A stretch of DNA of 64,000 bases from Flavobacteriales bacterium (lineage in GTDB: Bacteria; Bacteroidota; Bacteroidia; Palsa-965): the NCBI GenBank assembly GCA_040377305.1, contig JBEIPA010000013.1:64001-128000 (forward strand), given 5' to 3'. The stretch's first letter is position 1, and each line of letters begins with the position of its first letter. Shown here one piece after another: positions 9,489-18,605 of this stretch. The notes beneath the pieces were generated by a model that did no database searches, was not told the origin of the DNA, and worked only from the letters and a program-made list of their open reading frames with translations. The position numbers and the translations under genes were made by a program.

Positions 9489-11099
9489 TTATGGATTTGC
9501 GCGCTGCAAATGACAGAACGCATTCATCTTACGTCCATCGCAGGCAGAAGTGAGAATGTAGTAGTATACACCTTCCACTAACTGTCCGCCGTCCCAATCG
9601 TTTTTGTAGTTGTCGCTCTTATATACTTCAGCGCCCCAACGATCGAATACTTGTAATCCCCAGCCGTCACCTGAAATGCATGAGAATGCGAGGAAATCGT
9701 TTTTGCCGTCTTTGTTGGGAGTGAATACGTTTACAAGATTGCACACATAGCTTTCACACGGATCGTATTCGCAGTCAGACCATACGCAGCAACTGCCTAG
9801 CCATGTTTTTGGTTGGTCAGTTAAGTCGCCGTTGAGATCAATCATGTACGAAGTGGTGTACACGAAATCAGGATCGGTTGCCACCATGGAATTTCCACTG
9901 CGCTTTACGCCGGTAAGTCCATATACTTTATGCGTTGCTCCGTCGGGGTTGTACGCATCATACTTAATCGCATCTGAGCTTGCCCATACGAGTTGTTCGC
10001 AACCGGCGTTAACTCCTGGAGTTGCATCGTCATCGTAAAAACCGAAATCAGCACCGCCTGAAGTATTCGCACAAATAGCATCGTCCAATCCGATAACGCC
10101 AATGTGTAACCAACGCTCGATGATCCACGAGCCGGTAGAATTTTCAAGAAGGTAAACGCGGCTATTGTGTGCCGACAAACTTGACATATCTATTTGAGAA
10201 CGCTCTGCGCAAAGCAAGTGTCCATCAACTGAAAAGTTGAGTGTAGAAATCACACAGCCTGGACCCAGCGGCGACCACTGACTTACGAAATCTTCGACCT
10301 GATACTCGAATTGTTCCGTGCCGGAGAAATTTCCATTGGCATCAAGAGCTACTGAATAAATGCAATTCTTGTCGCGCGGAGCTGCCGGCGCTGGTCCCGG
10401 AGTATACGCGTTACGGCACCAAACGCTAAAGAACAATCTGCAATTTCCTGCACCGTCTTTCGTAACGGCTACACCAAACGGCAGTTCACCGAGAGCAGCC
10501 CATCCGGCTGTACCATTATCTGCAGTGAAGGGATCGAAAGTGCTCAGGATATTTCCATTGAGATCGTAGCGATAAATTTTGCCGTCTTCGAAGTTGGTCA
10601 CGAAGAGTTGGTCGTTGTATTGATCGAAGTTGATGTTTCCAAGACCTGAGCCCGTATTCGGAATTTGCGTTGTGCTTGAACTGCTACCTGCATTCACAGT
10701 GGTCACAAAATCATCTACGCTCCAGTCCAAAGCATTCACGCGATAAATCCCCGCAGAACCTGCAGAACCTTGTATTACGCTTTGAATATTGTACGTACCG
10801 CATGCAGCAACATACATATTGCCGGAGCCATCAACGGTTATACCGAAAACGCTGCCCATACGAGATACTTTGAACTGATTCGGATCGGCCGAATTGCTCA
10901 GTAGCATATTGGTCATCGCCCAGTTGTTTCCCTGTGGTGCATTGACGACTACATCGCGTGTATCATACACGTTCAAACAGAGCTCGGAGGCTGTGTCGGA
11001 GGGATAGTGGGTCATTGCAGCCATTCCAATAAAGGAAGCGACCTGTGCTGGGAGGGAAAGTGTAATTGCAGAAACAAAGAGTAGTGTTGCGTAGCGCAT
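9489..11099 (-). CDS. Secreted probable beta-propeller protein with T9SS type B C-terminal domain
   Basis: Signal peptide MRYATLLF; CTD NVFTPNKDGKND..VFDRWG..YKNDWDG..GVYYY. Start moved to 11099. Confidence 0.8.
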   Translation of the reverse strand: MRYATLLFVSAITLSLPAQVASFIGMAAMTHYPSDTASELCLNVYDTRDVVVNAPQGNNWAMTNMLLSNSADPNQFKVSRMGSVFGITVDGSGNMYVAACGTYNIQSVIQGSAGSAGIYRVNALDWSVDDFVTTVNAGSSSSTTQIPNTGSGLGNINFDQYNDQLFVTNFEDGKIYRYDLNGNILSTFDPFTADNGTAGWAALGELPFGVAVTKDGAGNCRLFFSVWCRNAYTPGPAPAAPRDKNCIYSVALDANGNFSGTEQFEYQVEDFVSQWSPLGPGCVISTLNFSVDGHLLCAERSQIDMSSLSAHNSRVYLLENSTGSWIIERWLHIGVIGLDDAICANTSGGADFGFYDDDATPGVNAGCEQLVWASSDAIKYDAYNPDGATHKVYGLTGVKRSGNSMVATDPDFVYTTSYMIDLNGDLTDQPKTWLGSCCVWSDCEYDPCESYVCNLVNVFTPNKDGKNDFLAFSCISGDGWGLQVFDRWGAEVYKSDNYKNDWDGGQLVEGVYYYILTSACDGRKMNAFCHLQRANP

Positions 11100-11284
11100 A
11101 ACTCGGATTTTGATGATACTAAAGTCGGAAAAAGAGGAATGCAGAAATAATGTACTTGCCGGTAATCTTACGAGGTCAAGACCCCATTTGGTTACACCGC
11201 AACGCATGTTTCTGAAGAATAGTGTACCCAAATATTGGGATGATTAAACATTCACGGGGGTAAAGACAGTGAAAAGCACAAAAA

Positions 11285-13204
11285 TCAGATTTCCGCACCC
11301 AGGATGAGAATGTCGTCGGGTTGCTCGAGTTTGTTGCTGTGTTCGCTGATGTACTTGTCGATTTCAGATTGAGATTTCAGGGCTGCCAGTAGATCATACA
11401 CATGACGCTGGTCGGAACCCGGGAGGGAAGTCAACCCATCGCTAAACAGGAATAGCTTATCAGACTTCTGCAGTTCCACAGAATTTCTCGTGAAGGGATT
11501 TACCGTTCCGCTCACCGAACCCGCACGTTGTTCTGCACCACGATATTCAATCACCTGATTTTTGCGCACCAGAATCACCGGCATTCCCGCAGAAGAGAAA
11601 TGCATTTCTGTTTTCTCCTTGTTGAATCTGCAAACAGCAATTTCAATGGTATCAGAAACGAGTGGAGTACTTTCCGCAATGCCGTCGTGTTGCAATGCAC
11701 CGCGCACTTTCATGTTGAGCTCATAAAGAATTTCTTCGGGTGCATGAACTTTGTTCTCAATCACAATTCCGTTGAGGAAAGAAGCTGCCATTACACTCAT
11801 GAATCCGCCAGGCACTCCATGGCCGGAGCAATCGCCAAGCGCAATGAAATAGTCGGATTCGGTTTCTGCAATCCACCAGAAGTCGCCACTAACAATTGAG
11901 CGAGGTCGATTATATAGAAATCCTTTCGGAAAAATGGCCTTCAGCTGGCTTTCGATCGGAGTAACCGCTTCCTGAATTCTTCTTGCGTAGTTAATACTAT
12001 CGGTGATGTCTTTGTTCTTCGATTCTATGATTGCTTTCTGCTGTTCGAGAACAAGTCCTGCTTTCTTCCCCATTTTAATTCGTCCGAACAAAAGAATGGC
12101 AATCACAATGAATCCAACCGATGAAACAATTCCGCCTGCAACATAAATTTTCTGTTGACGATCATCTTCTTCCGCAATGGCAAGTGCCTTCTCCGTTTTT
12201 TCTTTGTCGTAGAGCGTTTCCAGATTCTTGATGTTTTGCTGATTCTTTGTGCTGAGAATACTGTCTTTCAAAGACTGATAGCTCGTATAGTATTCAAGCG
12301 CGAGTTTATCGTTGCCGGATGCTTCATACAACTCAGCAATACGTCGTAGTTGGTTCATGCGCGAATCACGAACATTTAAACGAGTTGAAATGCTCAAAGC
12401 AGAGTCCATGGCGCTTAATGCCGCCGGATAATTTTTCTGAAATTCCCGCAGCTCAGAAAGCGAAAGCCAGAGTGCCATCATGTCATACGGATTCTCTTCG
12501 TTGCGCGCAATCACGAAAGCTGCATTCATCAGTGAATCTGATGTCTTAATATTCCCTTCCGTCGCCAGACAATATGCTGTTCCGGCCATATTTGCAGCGA
12601 TCCAGTGTTTGAGATCATATTTCTCCGCTGCAAGCAGTCCTTCATGGAAATATTCTTTGGCGAGAAGAAAACTATCTACTTCAATGTTGTGGCGACCCAG
12701 AAAATTCGCGATGGGAGCAATTCCGCTCTGGTCGTCTCCTGCGCGATAAAATGCGTAGGCCATGCGTTGGTATTTCAGGCTGAGTTCAAGACTGTCCATC
12801 GATTCGTAGACAAGTGCGAGGTTATGATAGGATCCGCCAACATCACTCGGGTCAGCGTCCGACCCGTCTTTAAGACGTATGGATTGCAGATGCGCATTGA
12901 TGGCTTCCGGATAACGACCCATATCGGCATAAATAGTTCCGGCTACGTTTTGTGCAGCGGCTTCTCCCAATACATTGCCTTGCTCGCGGGCAATGGCAAG
13001 AGCACGATTGACAATCACCAGTCCGGTGTCCAGATCGTGGTAGCTGATGTCCCACGCAAGCGCAGTCAGCGCAACTACAATCTGCGAATCGGATTCGTTC
13101 AGCGTTAACAGCAACTTTGAAAGCGAATCAATGTCCTTCTTGTCCTGTGCCTGCAAGCTTGCGACAGAAAAAATCAGAAGGAATATGTAAATCAGCTTCT
13201 TCAT
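11285..13204 (-). CDS. Periplasmic TPR + TM + degenerate SpoIIE/PP2C-type phosphatase
   Basis: Signal peptide, TPR repeats, TM helix, DSINYARRIQ, SGDFWW, DCSGHGVPG, SDG, DD. The DGMD and DQFGG motifs are altered. Confidence 0.85.
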   Translation of the reverse strand: MKKLIYIFLLIFSVASLQAQDKKDIDSLSKLLLTLNESDSQIVVALTALAWDISYHDLDTGLVIVNRALAIAREQGNVLGEAAAQNVAGTIYADMGRYPEAINAHLQSIRLKDGSDADPSDVGGSYHNLALVYESMDSLELSLKYQRMAYAFYRAGDDQSGIAPIANFLGRHNIEVDSFLLAKEYFHEGLLAAEKYDLKHWIAANMAGTAYCLATEGNIKTSDSLMNAAFVIARNEENPYDMMALWLSLSELREFQKNYPAALSAMDSALSISTRLNVRDSRMNQLRRIAELYEASGNDKLALEYYTSYQSLKDSILSTKNQQNIKNLETLYDKEKTEKALAIAEEDDRQQKIYVAGGIVSSVGFIVIAILLFGRIKMGKKAGLVLEQQKAIIESKNKDITDSINYARRIQEAVTPIESQLKAIFPKGFLYNRPRSIVSGDFWWIAETESDYFIALGDCSGHGVPGGFMSVMAASFLNGIVIENKVHAPEEILYELNMKVRGALQHDGIAESTPLVSDTIEIAVCRFNKEKTEMHFSSAGMPVILVRKNQVIEYRGAEQRAGSVSGTVNPFTRNSVELQKSDKLFLFSDGLTSLPGSDQRHVYDLLAALKSQSEIDKYISEHSNKLEQPDDILILGAEI

Positions 13205-13320
13205 ATTCTGATTCCTATTACGAGAACGTCATCGATGCCGACGAAGGCACCGCCTTGTCGGCATCGTGACTTCGAGTGAGCCAAAACAATATTCAGGACG
13301 TTCTCTTGATGTGTTCGCAT
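13201..13320 (-). CDS. Candidate 39-aa small ORF MRTHQENVLNIVLAHSKSRCRQGGAFVGIDDVLVIGIRI
   Basis: ATG lies 2 nt after the upstream stop, the frame is open, and its TGA overlaps the next gene's ATG (ATGA). Translation is not demonstrated. Confidence 0.35.
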   Translation of the reverse strand: MRTHQENVLNIVLAHSKSRCRQGGAFVGIDDVLVIGIRI

Positions 13321-13357
13321 GGTTATATTCTGATTCCTATTACGAGAACGTCATCGA
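13203..13357. repeat. 33-bp perfect direct repeat of a gene 3' end flanking a structured 89-bp insert (element copy 1)
   Basis: atattctgattcctattacgagaacgtcatcga at 13203-13235 and 13325-13357. Confidence 0.95.
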
Positions 13358-15287
13358 CCTGTTCATGCGAACCTTTCCATTCGCTGAAACGTTCATTGAG
13401 GATGCGTTGCTGTTCGTTGCAACTCTTGTCCGCAACCGTGCAGAGAATATCCCGCAGCTGTTTGTACTTCAGTTTTTTTCCTTGCGGGCCACCAAACTGA
13501 TCGGCATAACCATCGCTGAAGATGTAGATCATGTCGCCCGGTTCGCAATCGTGTTCGAGCAAAGTAAAAGGACGCACATCGCCCACGTATTCTCCAACCG
13601 GAAATTTATCGGCGCGGTATTCAATCACCTGATTTTTCCGGATTACCCAAAGTGGATTCATTGCGCAGGCAAAACGAAGTTTTTTCCTGTCGTTCGAGAA
13701 AGAGCACATCACCATATCCATTCCGTCTTTCAGGCCGGAGTTTTGGCCGCCAGAACGATTAAGAGCGGTGATCACTTTATCGCGTAGTTGGTTGAGAATT
13801 TCAGCCGGAGAAGAAACTTTTCGTTCCGTAATAATTTCGAAAAGAAACACGCTACCAAGCATGCTCATGAATCCACCAGGAACTCCGTGGCCGGTGCTAT
13901 CCGCTCCGGCGAGGAAAAATTCTCCATCCTGTTCGCTGCACCACCAGAAATCGCCGCTCACAATATCTTTCGCACGAGACAACACAAACGCATCAGTGAA
14001 GTTTCGGGTGAGCTGTTCGATCGAAGGTACTACGGCATCCTGAATGCGGCTTGCGTAGTTAATGCTGTCGGTAATGTCCTGATTTTTCTCTTCGATAAGC
14101 TGGCTTTGGCGTGCCGTTTCCTGATTCGTTTCCTTGCGGAATTTGTTTCGCTTGTAAAGCATGACTACAAGAAAAACCAGCACGATGAAAGCGATGATAA
14201 TTGCAATCAGGAACCATTGACGGGTATCAGCTTTACTGCTGAATAGCTCGAGTTGTTGTTTCTGTTTGTCGCTTTCAAACTTTGCTTCAAGATTGCGCTG
14301 GTGATTCAGGACGTCGTCGTTTACAATTGAATCGCGAAGCAGCATGTATTTTTTCAGGTAGAGGAGAGCGCTGTCGTATTGTTGCTCAGTCTGGTAAGCC
14401 GCGGCCAGATTGCTATACAGATCAACCACTTCTTCGCGAACACCAATCTGGCTGAAGATATTGAGGCACTGGTGCATGTATCTGATTGCACTTCTGTTTT
14501 GATTGCGGTACAGAAGAATTGCAATCTGGTTCGACATGATCTGTGCACGGGAGTATTCGTCATCCAGTGTGTCGATCATTTCCCATGCGCGGTTGATGCA
14601 AAAATCAGAGCTGTCTTCGTTGCTCATACGCGCATAACAAACGCCCAAAGCACTCCATGACATCGCCTCCACAATGCTCTCTCCCATTTTTGCTGCAAGC
14701 TGTTGAGATTTTGAGAAAGTAATTTTCGCTTCATCGAAATAGCCGGTGCGCATATACAAGGAGCCGAGGTTGACGTATGCAACGGAAAGTCCCCGTTCAT
14801 AGCCCGCTTGTTCGTAAATGTCAACAGCACGCTGCAAGGTGGAGCTCGTCATTGCCGTATCGCCCATCGATGAATACACGAGCGACATATTCATGTATGC
14901 TGTACCCGTACGACGAGGATCACCAAATTTCTCTGCTTCTTCCAGGCCCTCAATGTGTGCAGCGAGCGCTTCGTCGAACTCACCCATGTCGTTGTAGGTG
15001 GCGCCGAGAGTATTGAGACACATTATTTTTCCCAATGGGTAATTAATTTTCTTTGCAACCTTCAGTCCCTCTTGCGCATATTCAATACCCAGGGTGAGAT
15101 TGTAGTATGCGGTGTCCCACGCAACGCGATTGAAGTAGAGCACTTTTAAGGTGTCATCGGGAAGTGCTTGCAGATCGGCAACTGAACGTTTAGACGGAGC
15201 ATCCACTTTTGGCATTTGTGCACGCACTGGTATTGTTGCAAATAGCAGCAGCGAAAGCAGAATAGAAGCGCGGATGACCTGTGGCAT
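13323..15287 (-). CDS. Periplasmic TPR + TM + SpoIIE/PP2C-type phosphatase
   Basis: Signal peptide, TPRs, TM (WFLIAIIIAFIVLVFLVVML), SGDFWW, DSTGHGVPG, DGMD, SDGYADQFGG, EQVDDVLV. Confidence 0.9.
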   Translation of the reverse strand: MPQVIRASILLSLLLFATIPVRAQMPKVDAPSKRSVADLQALPDDTLKVLYFNRVAWDTAYYNLTLGIEYAQEGLKVAKKINYPLGKIMCLNTLGATYNDMGEFDEALAAHIEGLEEAEKFGDPRRTGTAYMNMSLVYSSMGDTAMTSSTLQRAVDIYEQAGYERGLSVAYVNLGSLYMRTGYFDEAKITFSKSQQLAAKMGESIVEAMSWSALGVCYARMSNEDSSDFCINRAWEMIDTLDDEYSRAQIMSNQIAILLYRNQNRSAIRYMHQCLNIFSQIGVREEVVDLYSNLAAAYQTEQQYDSALLYLKKYMLLRDSIVNDDVLNHQRNLEAKFESDKQKQQLELFSSKADTRQWFLIAIIIAFIVLVFLVVMLYKRNKFRKETNQETARQSQLIEEKNQDITDSINYASRIQDAVVPSIEQLTRNFTDAFVLSRAKDIVSGDFWWCSEQDGEFFLAGADSTGHGVPGGFMSMLGSVFLFEIITERKVSSPAEILNQLRDKVITALNRSGGQNSGLKDGMDMVMCSFSNDRKKLRFACAMNPLWVIRKNQVIEYRADKFPVGEYVGDVRPFTLLEHDCEPGDMIYIFSDGYADQFGGPQGKKLKYKQLRDILCTVADKSCNEQQRILNERFSEWKGSHEQVDDVLVIGIRI

Positions 15288-15292
15288 TCTGT

Positions 15293-15300
15293 CAAATGTA
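15293..15300 (-). promoter_or_regulatory. Possible internal -7 promoter box (near-leaderless) for the 13323-15287 gene
   Basis: TACATTTG lies 5 nt upstream of the ATG; no clear -33 box. Confidence 0.35.
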
Positions 15301-15316
15301 CAATTAAGTGTAGCGG

Positions 15317-15462
15317 AATCCCATTACGAGAACGTCATCCATGCTGACGAAGGACAAGCCTTGTCGGCATGGTGACTTCGAGTGAGCAAAATAAGTGTAC
15401 TGGACGCTCTCGTTCAAAGGTTCATTTTTAAAATCTAAATCCCATAACGAGAACGTCATCCA
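15317..15462. repeat. 25-bp direct repeat (1 mismatch) of a gene 3' end flanking a structured insert (element copy 2)
   Basis: aatcccat(t/a)acgagaacgtcatcca at 15317-15341 and 15438-15462; the insert core is 41/47 identical to copy 1. Confidence 0.95.
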
Positions 15463-17371
15463 CCTGCTCAAGATCCCCTCTCCATGCGTCAAATTCTTTG
15501 ACCAACCCGGCTTCCTGATTCATCATCGGTTCTTGCGCGTTCTGAAGCATGAATTCCCGCAGGCGTTTCTGCTTGTATTTTTTTCCTTTGTGGCCACCAA
15601 ACTGATCAGCGAATCCATCTGTGCTGAGATAAACACTGTCTCCTTTCTGCAGCGTAATTTCAAATTCGGTGAAAGGATCGGGTTGTGTGGTATGGCTCAA
15701 TCCTACCGGAAATTTATCCGGTCCGTGAATTTGCAGGGTGCCGTCGCGTATGTGTACAAGTGCATTATTCGCACAGGCAAAACGAAGACGACCGGAGTTG
15801 TTCAATGCGCACAACACAACATCCATTCCGTCTCGCGCCTCCTCGTTGCCTTCACGATTAAGCGAACTGATTACGTTGTGACGAACTTCATTGAGTAATT
15901 GAGCCGGACTTGTGTTCTCATGTTCTGCAAGTGCACGGTTGAGCAAGTTGATGTTGAGCAATGACATGAAAGCCCCAGGAACTCCGTGTCCAGTGCAATC
16001 AGCGACTGCGAAATAGAATTCATCCTCATGTTCTGCGCACCACCAGAAATCGCCGGAGACAATATCCTTCGGCTTGTACAGAATAAAATTCTCCGGAAGA
16101 TGCGTGTTCACCATCGTGCGTGAACCCAACAATGCCGTCTGAATTCTTCGCGCGTAGTTGATACTATCGAGGATACTTCTGTTCTGATCTTCGATTGCAT
16201 CGTATGCCTGTTTCAGTTCCACGTTTTTCAGTCGGTGAATTTCCGCTTGCTGATCGGCTTGGGCGGTAGCATGTTTCTGCTGCATTGATTTGATGCGAGT
16301 CGTCACTTCTTCACCAGTGATTTCCGCTTTGATTCGGTAACCGGTTTCGAGGTGGTCGAGGGCATTCTTGAAATCTGCTTTCGCTTTGTACAGTTCTGAC
16401 AGCAATGTGTGACACACGATTATTTTCTGCTTCAAACCGCCTTCAGCGCTGATCATTAATGCATCCTGAAGCAATTGCTCGGCCGGTCCAAAATCCGTTT
16501 GGGCGATATGAATTCTGGCGAGTTCAATTTCAGATGTAATAATCCCCGGCCAGTACTTTAGATTTTTACGGATGTTCAGCGCTTCTTCCAGGGAAAGTTT
16601 GGCTTTGGTGTTGTCTCCGCGTTTGGAGTAGATTACACCAAGATCATTTAGGACACGACTGATCGCAGTCTGGTGCCCGGTGCTCCGATATCCGGTGAGC
16701 GCTTCTTCATTTAATGCAATGGCCTCGTCGAATTCGTTACGCGCAATGTGAATGGATGCTATTCCGGAATTGATGCGTGCCAGTTGGTAATTGAGCATAT
16801 GTTTTGTCGCCACTTCCTTCGCGTGCAAAAAATAGTTCATTGCATTATCGAACTCCTGCATGTCGGAATGAAAAACACCCAACTGAAAATCAGACCACCC
16901 TATACTTTCGGGATCAAATTTCTCTGAAAGCTTGCGGGCTTCATACGCCAGTGCAAATGCTTTTTCACGCTCACCGTTCGACCAGCAGTTGAAAGCAAAC
17001 ATCTGCTTTGCAATAGCCGCTGCGAAAGATCCTGGTGCGAGACTCAGCAGTTGTTCTGCATGTTCAAACTCGGCAATTGCATCTTTCTGCCTGTTCTGCT
17101 GACGGTAATAAAAGGCAATGTAGAGTCGTGCGAAAGCTTCCAGTGTGGGATCATTTTCCCGTTGTCCCTGCGCGGCTAATTCAGAACTGAGTTTGTAGCA
17201 TTCTTCAAAAAGATAATCCGATGCGCTGGTAAGGAAGATAATCTTTATCGCCAGTTTATCTTCTTCCCCGGGGATTTCATCCAGACGATTGTTCAGCCAC
17301 TCTATAGAGAAGTACATCGGTTTGTTTAACCGTACTGCATTTCCCAATGCGCTCTGAACGCGATCGGCCAT
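15428..17371 (-). CDS. Cytoplasmic TPR + SpoIIE/PP2C-type phosphatase
   Basis: No signal peptide or TM; TPRs, SGDFWW, DCTGHGVPG, DGMD, TDGFADQFGG, EQVDDVLV. Its ATG overlaps the kbl stop (TAATG). Confidence 0.9.
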   Translation of the reverse strand: MADRVQSALGNAVRLNKPMYFSIEWLNNRLDEIPGEEDKLAIKIIFLTSASDYLFEECYKLSSELAAQGQRENDPTLEAFARLYIAFYYRQQNRQKDAIAEFEHAEQLLSLAPGSFAAAIAKQMFAFNCWSNGEREKAFALAYEARKLSEKFDPESIGWSDFQLGVFHSDMQEFDNAMNYFLHAKEVATKHMLNYQLARINSGIASIHIARNEFDEAIALNEEALTGYRSTGHQTAISRVLNDLGVIYSKRGDNTKAKLSLEEALNIRKNLKYWPGIITSEIELARIHIAQTDFGPAEQLLQDALMISAEGGLKQKIIVCHTLLSELYKAKADFKNALDHLETGYRIKAEITGEEVTTRIKSMQQKHATAQADQQAEIHRLKNVELKQAYDAIEDQNRSILDSINYARRIQTALLGSRTMVNTHLPENFILYKPKDIVSGDFWWCAEHEDEFYFAVADCTGHGVPGAFMSLLNINLLNRALAEHENTSPAQLLNEVRHNVISSLNREGNEEARDGMDVVLCALNNSGRLRFACANNALVHIRDGTLQIHGPDKFPVGLSHTTQPDPFTEFEITLQKGDSVYLSTDGFADQFGGHKGKKYKQKRLREFMLQNAQEPMMNQEAGLVKEFDAWRGDLEQVDDVLVMGFRF

Positions 17372-18570
17372 TATGCGTGAACGTGTTTTATTACACCAAG
17401 TTCTTTACCCACTTTCTCAAACGCAGCAATTGCCTTGTCGAGATGCTCTTGCTCATGTGCTGCGCTGAGCTGAACTCGAATACGAGCCAGACCTTTCGGA
17501 ACAACCGGGAAGAAGAATCCGATCACGTAAATTCCTTCTGCCAGTAGTTGTTCTGCGAATTGCTGTGCAAGTTTTGCATCGTACAACATCACAGGAACAA
17601 TTGCAGAATCGCCTTTGCGATATTCGAGGCCGATGCGATCCATCCCTTGCTTGAAGTATTTTACGTTCGCTTCGAGCTTATCGCGCAAAGCAGTTGTTTC
17701 ACTCAGCATGTCGAATACAGCAATAGAAGCACCAACGATTGCAGGAGCCAATGAATTCGAAAACAAATAGGGACGGGAACGCTGTCGAAGCATCTCGATG
17801 ATTTCTTTTTTACCGGTTGTGAATCCACCCATCGCACCGCCCATAGCTTTACCGAGTGTGCCGGTGATAATATCCACTCTGCCCATGCAGTCGCCTGCTT
17901 CAATTGCACCGCGACCGGTTTTGCCAATGAAACCTGTTGCGTGTGATTCATCAACCATCACAAGTGCTTTGTATTTATCAGCGAGGTCGCAAATTTCTTT
18001 CATAGGAGCAACGTAGCCGTCCATAGAGAACACGCCATCCGTTACGATGATTTTAAAACGACAATTCGCAGCAGCCTGCAATTGCGCTTCAAGATCTGCC
18101 ATGTCGCAATTCTTATAACGAAAACGTTGTGCTTTACACAAGCGAACACCGTCAATGATTGAAGCGTGGTTTAGTTCATCAGAAATGATAGCATCGTTTT
18201 CTCCCAGCAAAGGTTCGAACACGCCGCCGTTTGCATCGAAGCAGGCAGCGTAAAGAATAGTGTCTTCTGTCTGGTGAAATTTCGCGATTTTATCTTCCAG
18301 TGTTTTGTGAATATCCTGTGTTCCGCAAATGAAACGAACAGATGACATTCCGTACCCGTGAGAGTCAAGCGCCTTCTGAGCGGCTTCTGTTACTTTCGGA
18401 TGAGAAGAAAGTCCGAGGTAATTGTTCGCACAGAAAATGATCACCTCTTTTCCGTTCACTTTCACCACCGCGCCCTGCGGAGTAGTGATTACACGTTCGC
18501 GTTTGAACAATCCTGCTTCGTCAATGGAAGCAAGTTCTTTCTTGAGAAAATCCTGAAATTCGCCGTACAT
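17371..18570 (-). CDS. kbl: Glycine C-acetyltransferase (2-amino-3-ketobutyrate CoA ligase)
   Basis: [42 protein letters not shown]. Start moved to MYGEFQ. Confidence 0.95.
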   Translation of the reverse strand: MYGEFQDFLKKELASIDEAGLFKRERVITTPQGAVVKVNGKEVIIFCANNYLGLSSHPKVTEAAQKALDSHGYGMSSVRFICGTQDIHKTLEDKIAKFHQTEDTILYAACFDANGGVFEPLLGENDAIISDELNHASIIDGVRLCKAQRFRYKNCDMADLEAQLQAAANCRFKIIVTDGVFSMDGYVAPMKEICDLADKYKALVMVDESHATGFIGKTGRGAIEAGDCMGRVDIITGTLGKAMGGAMGGFTTGKKEIIEMLRQRSRPYLFSNSLAPAIVGASIAVFDMLSETTALRDKLEANVKYFKQGMDRIGLEYRKGDSAIVPVMLYDAKLAQQFAEQLLAEGIYVIGFFFPVVPKGLARIRVQLSAAHEQEHLDKAIAAFEKVGKELGVIKHVHA

Positions 18571-18605
18571 AGGAATGAAAAAATTAGAGAGGTAAAAATA
18601 AGCAA

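Noticed and set aside
13203-15462. Diversity-generating retroelement TR/VR pairs
   Set aside because: The repeats are only 25-33 bp, the differences are not confined to adenines, and no reverse transcriptase is in the window.
13203-15462. CRISPR mini-array or integron attC sites
   Set aside because: The repeats are coding gene ends, the 'spacers' are homologous to each other, there are no cas or intI genes, and there are no complementary RYYYAAC/GTTRRRY ends.
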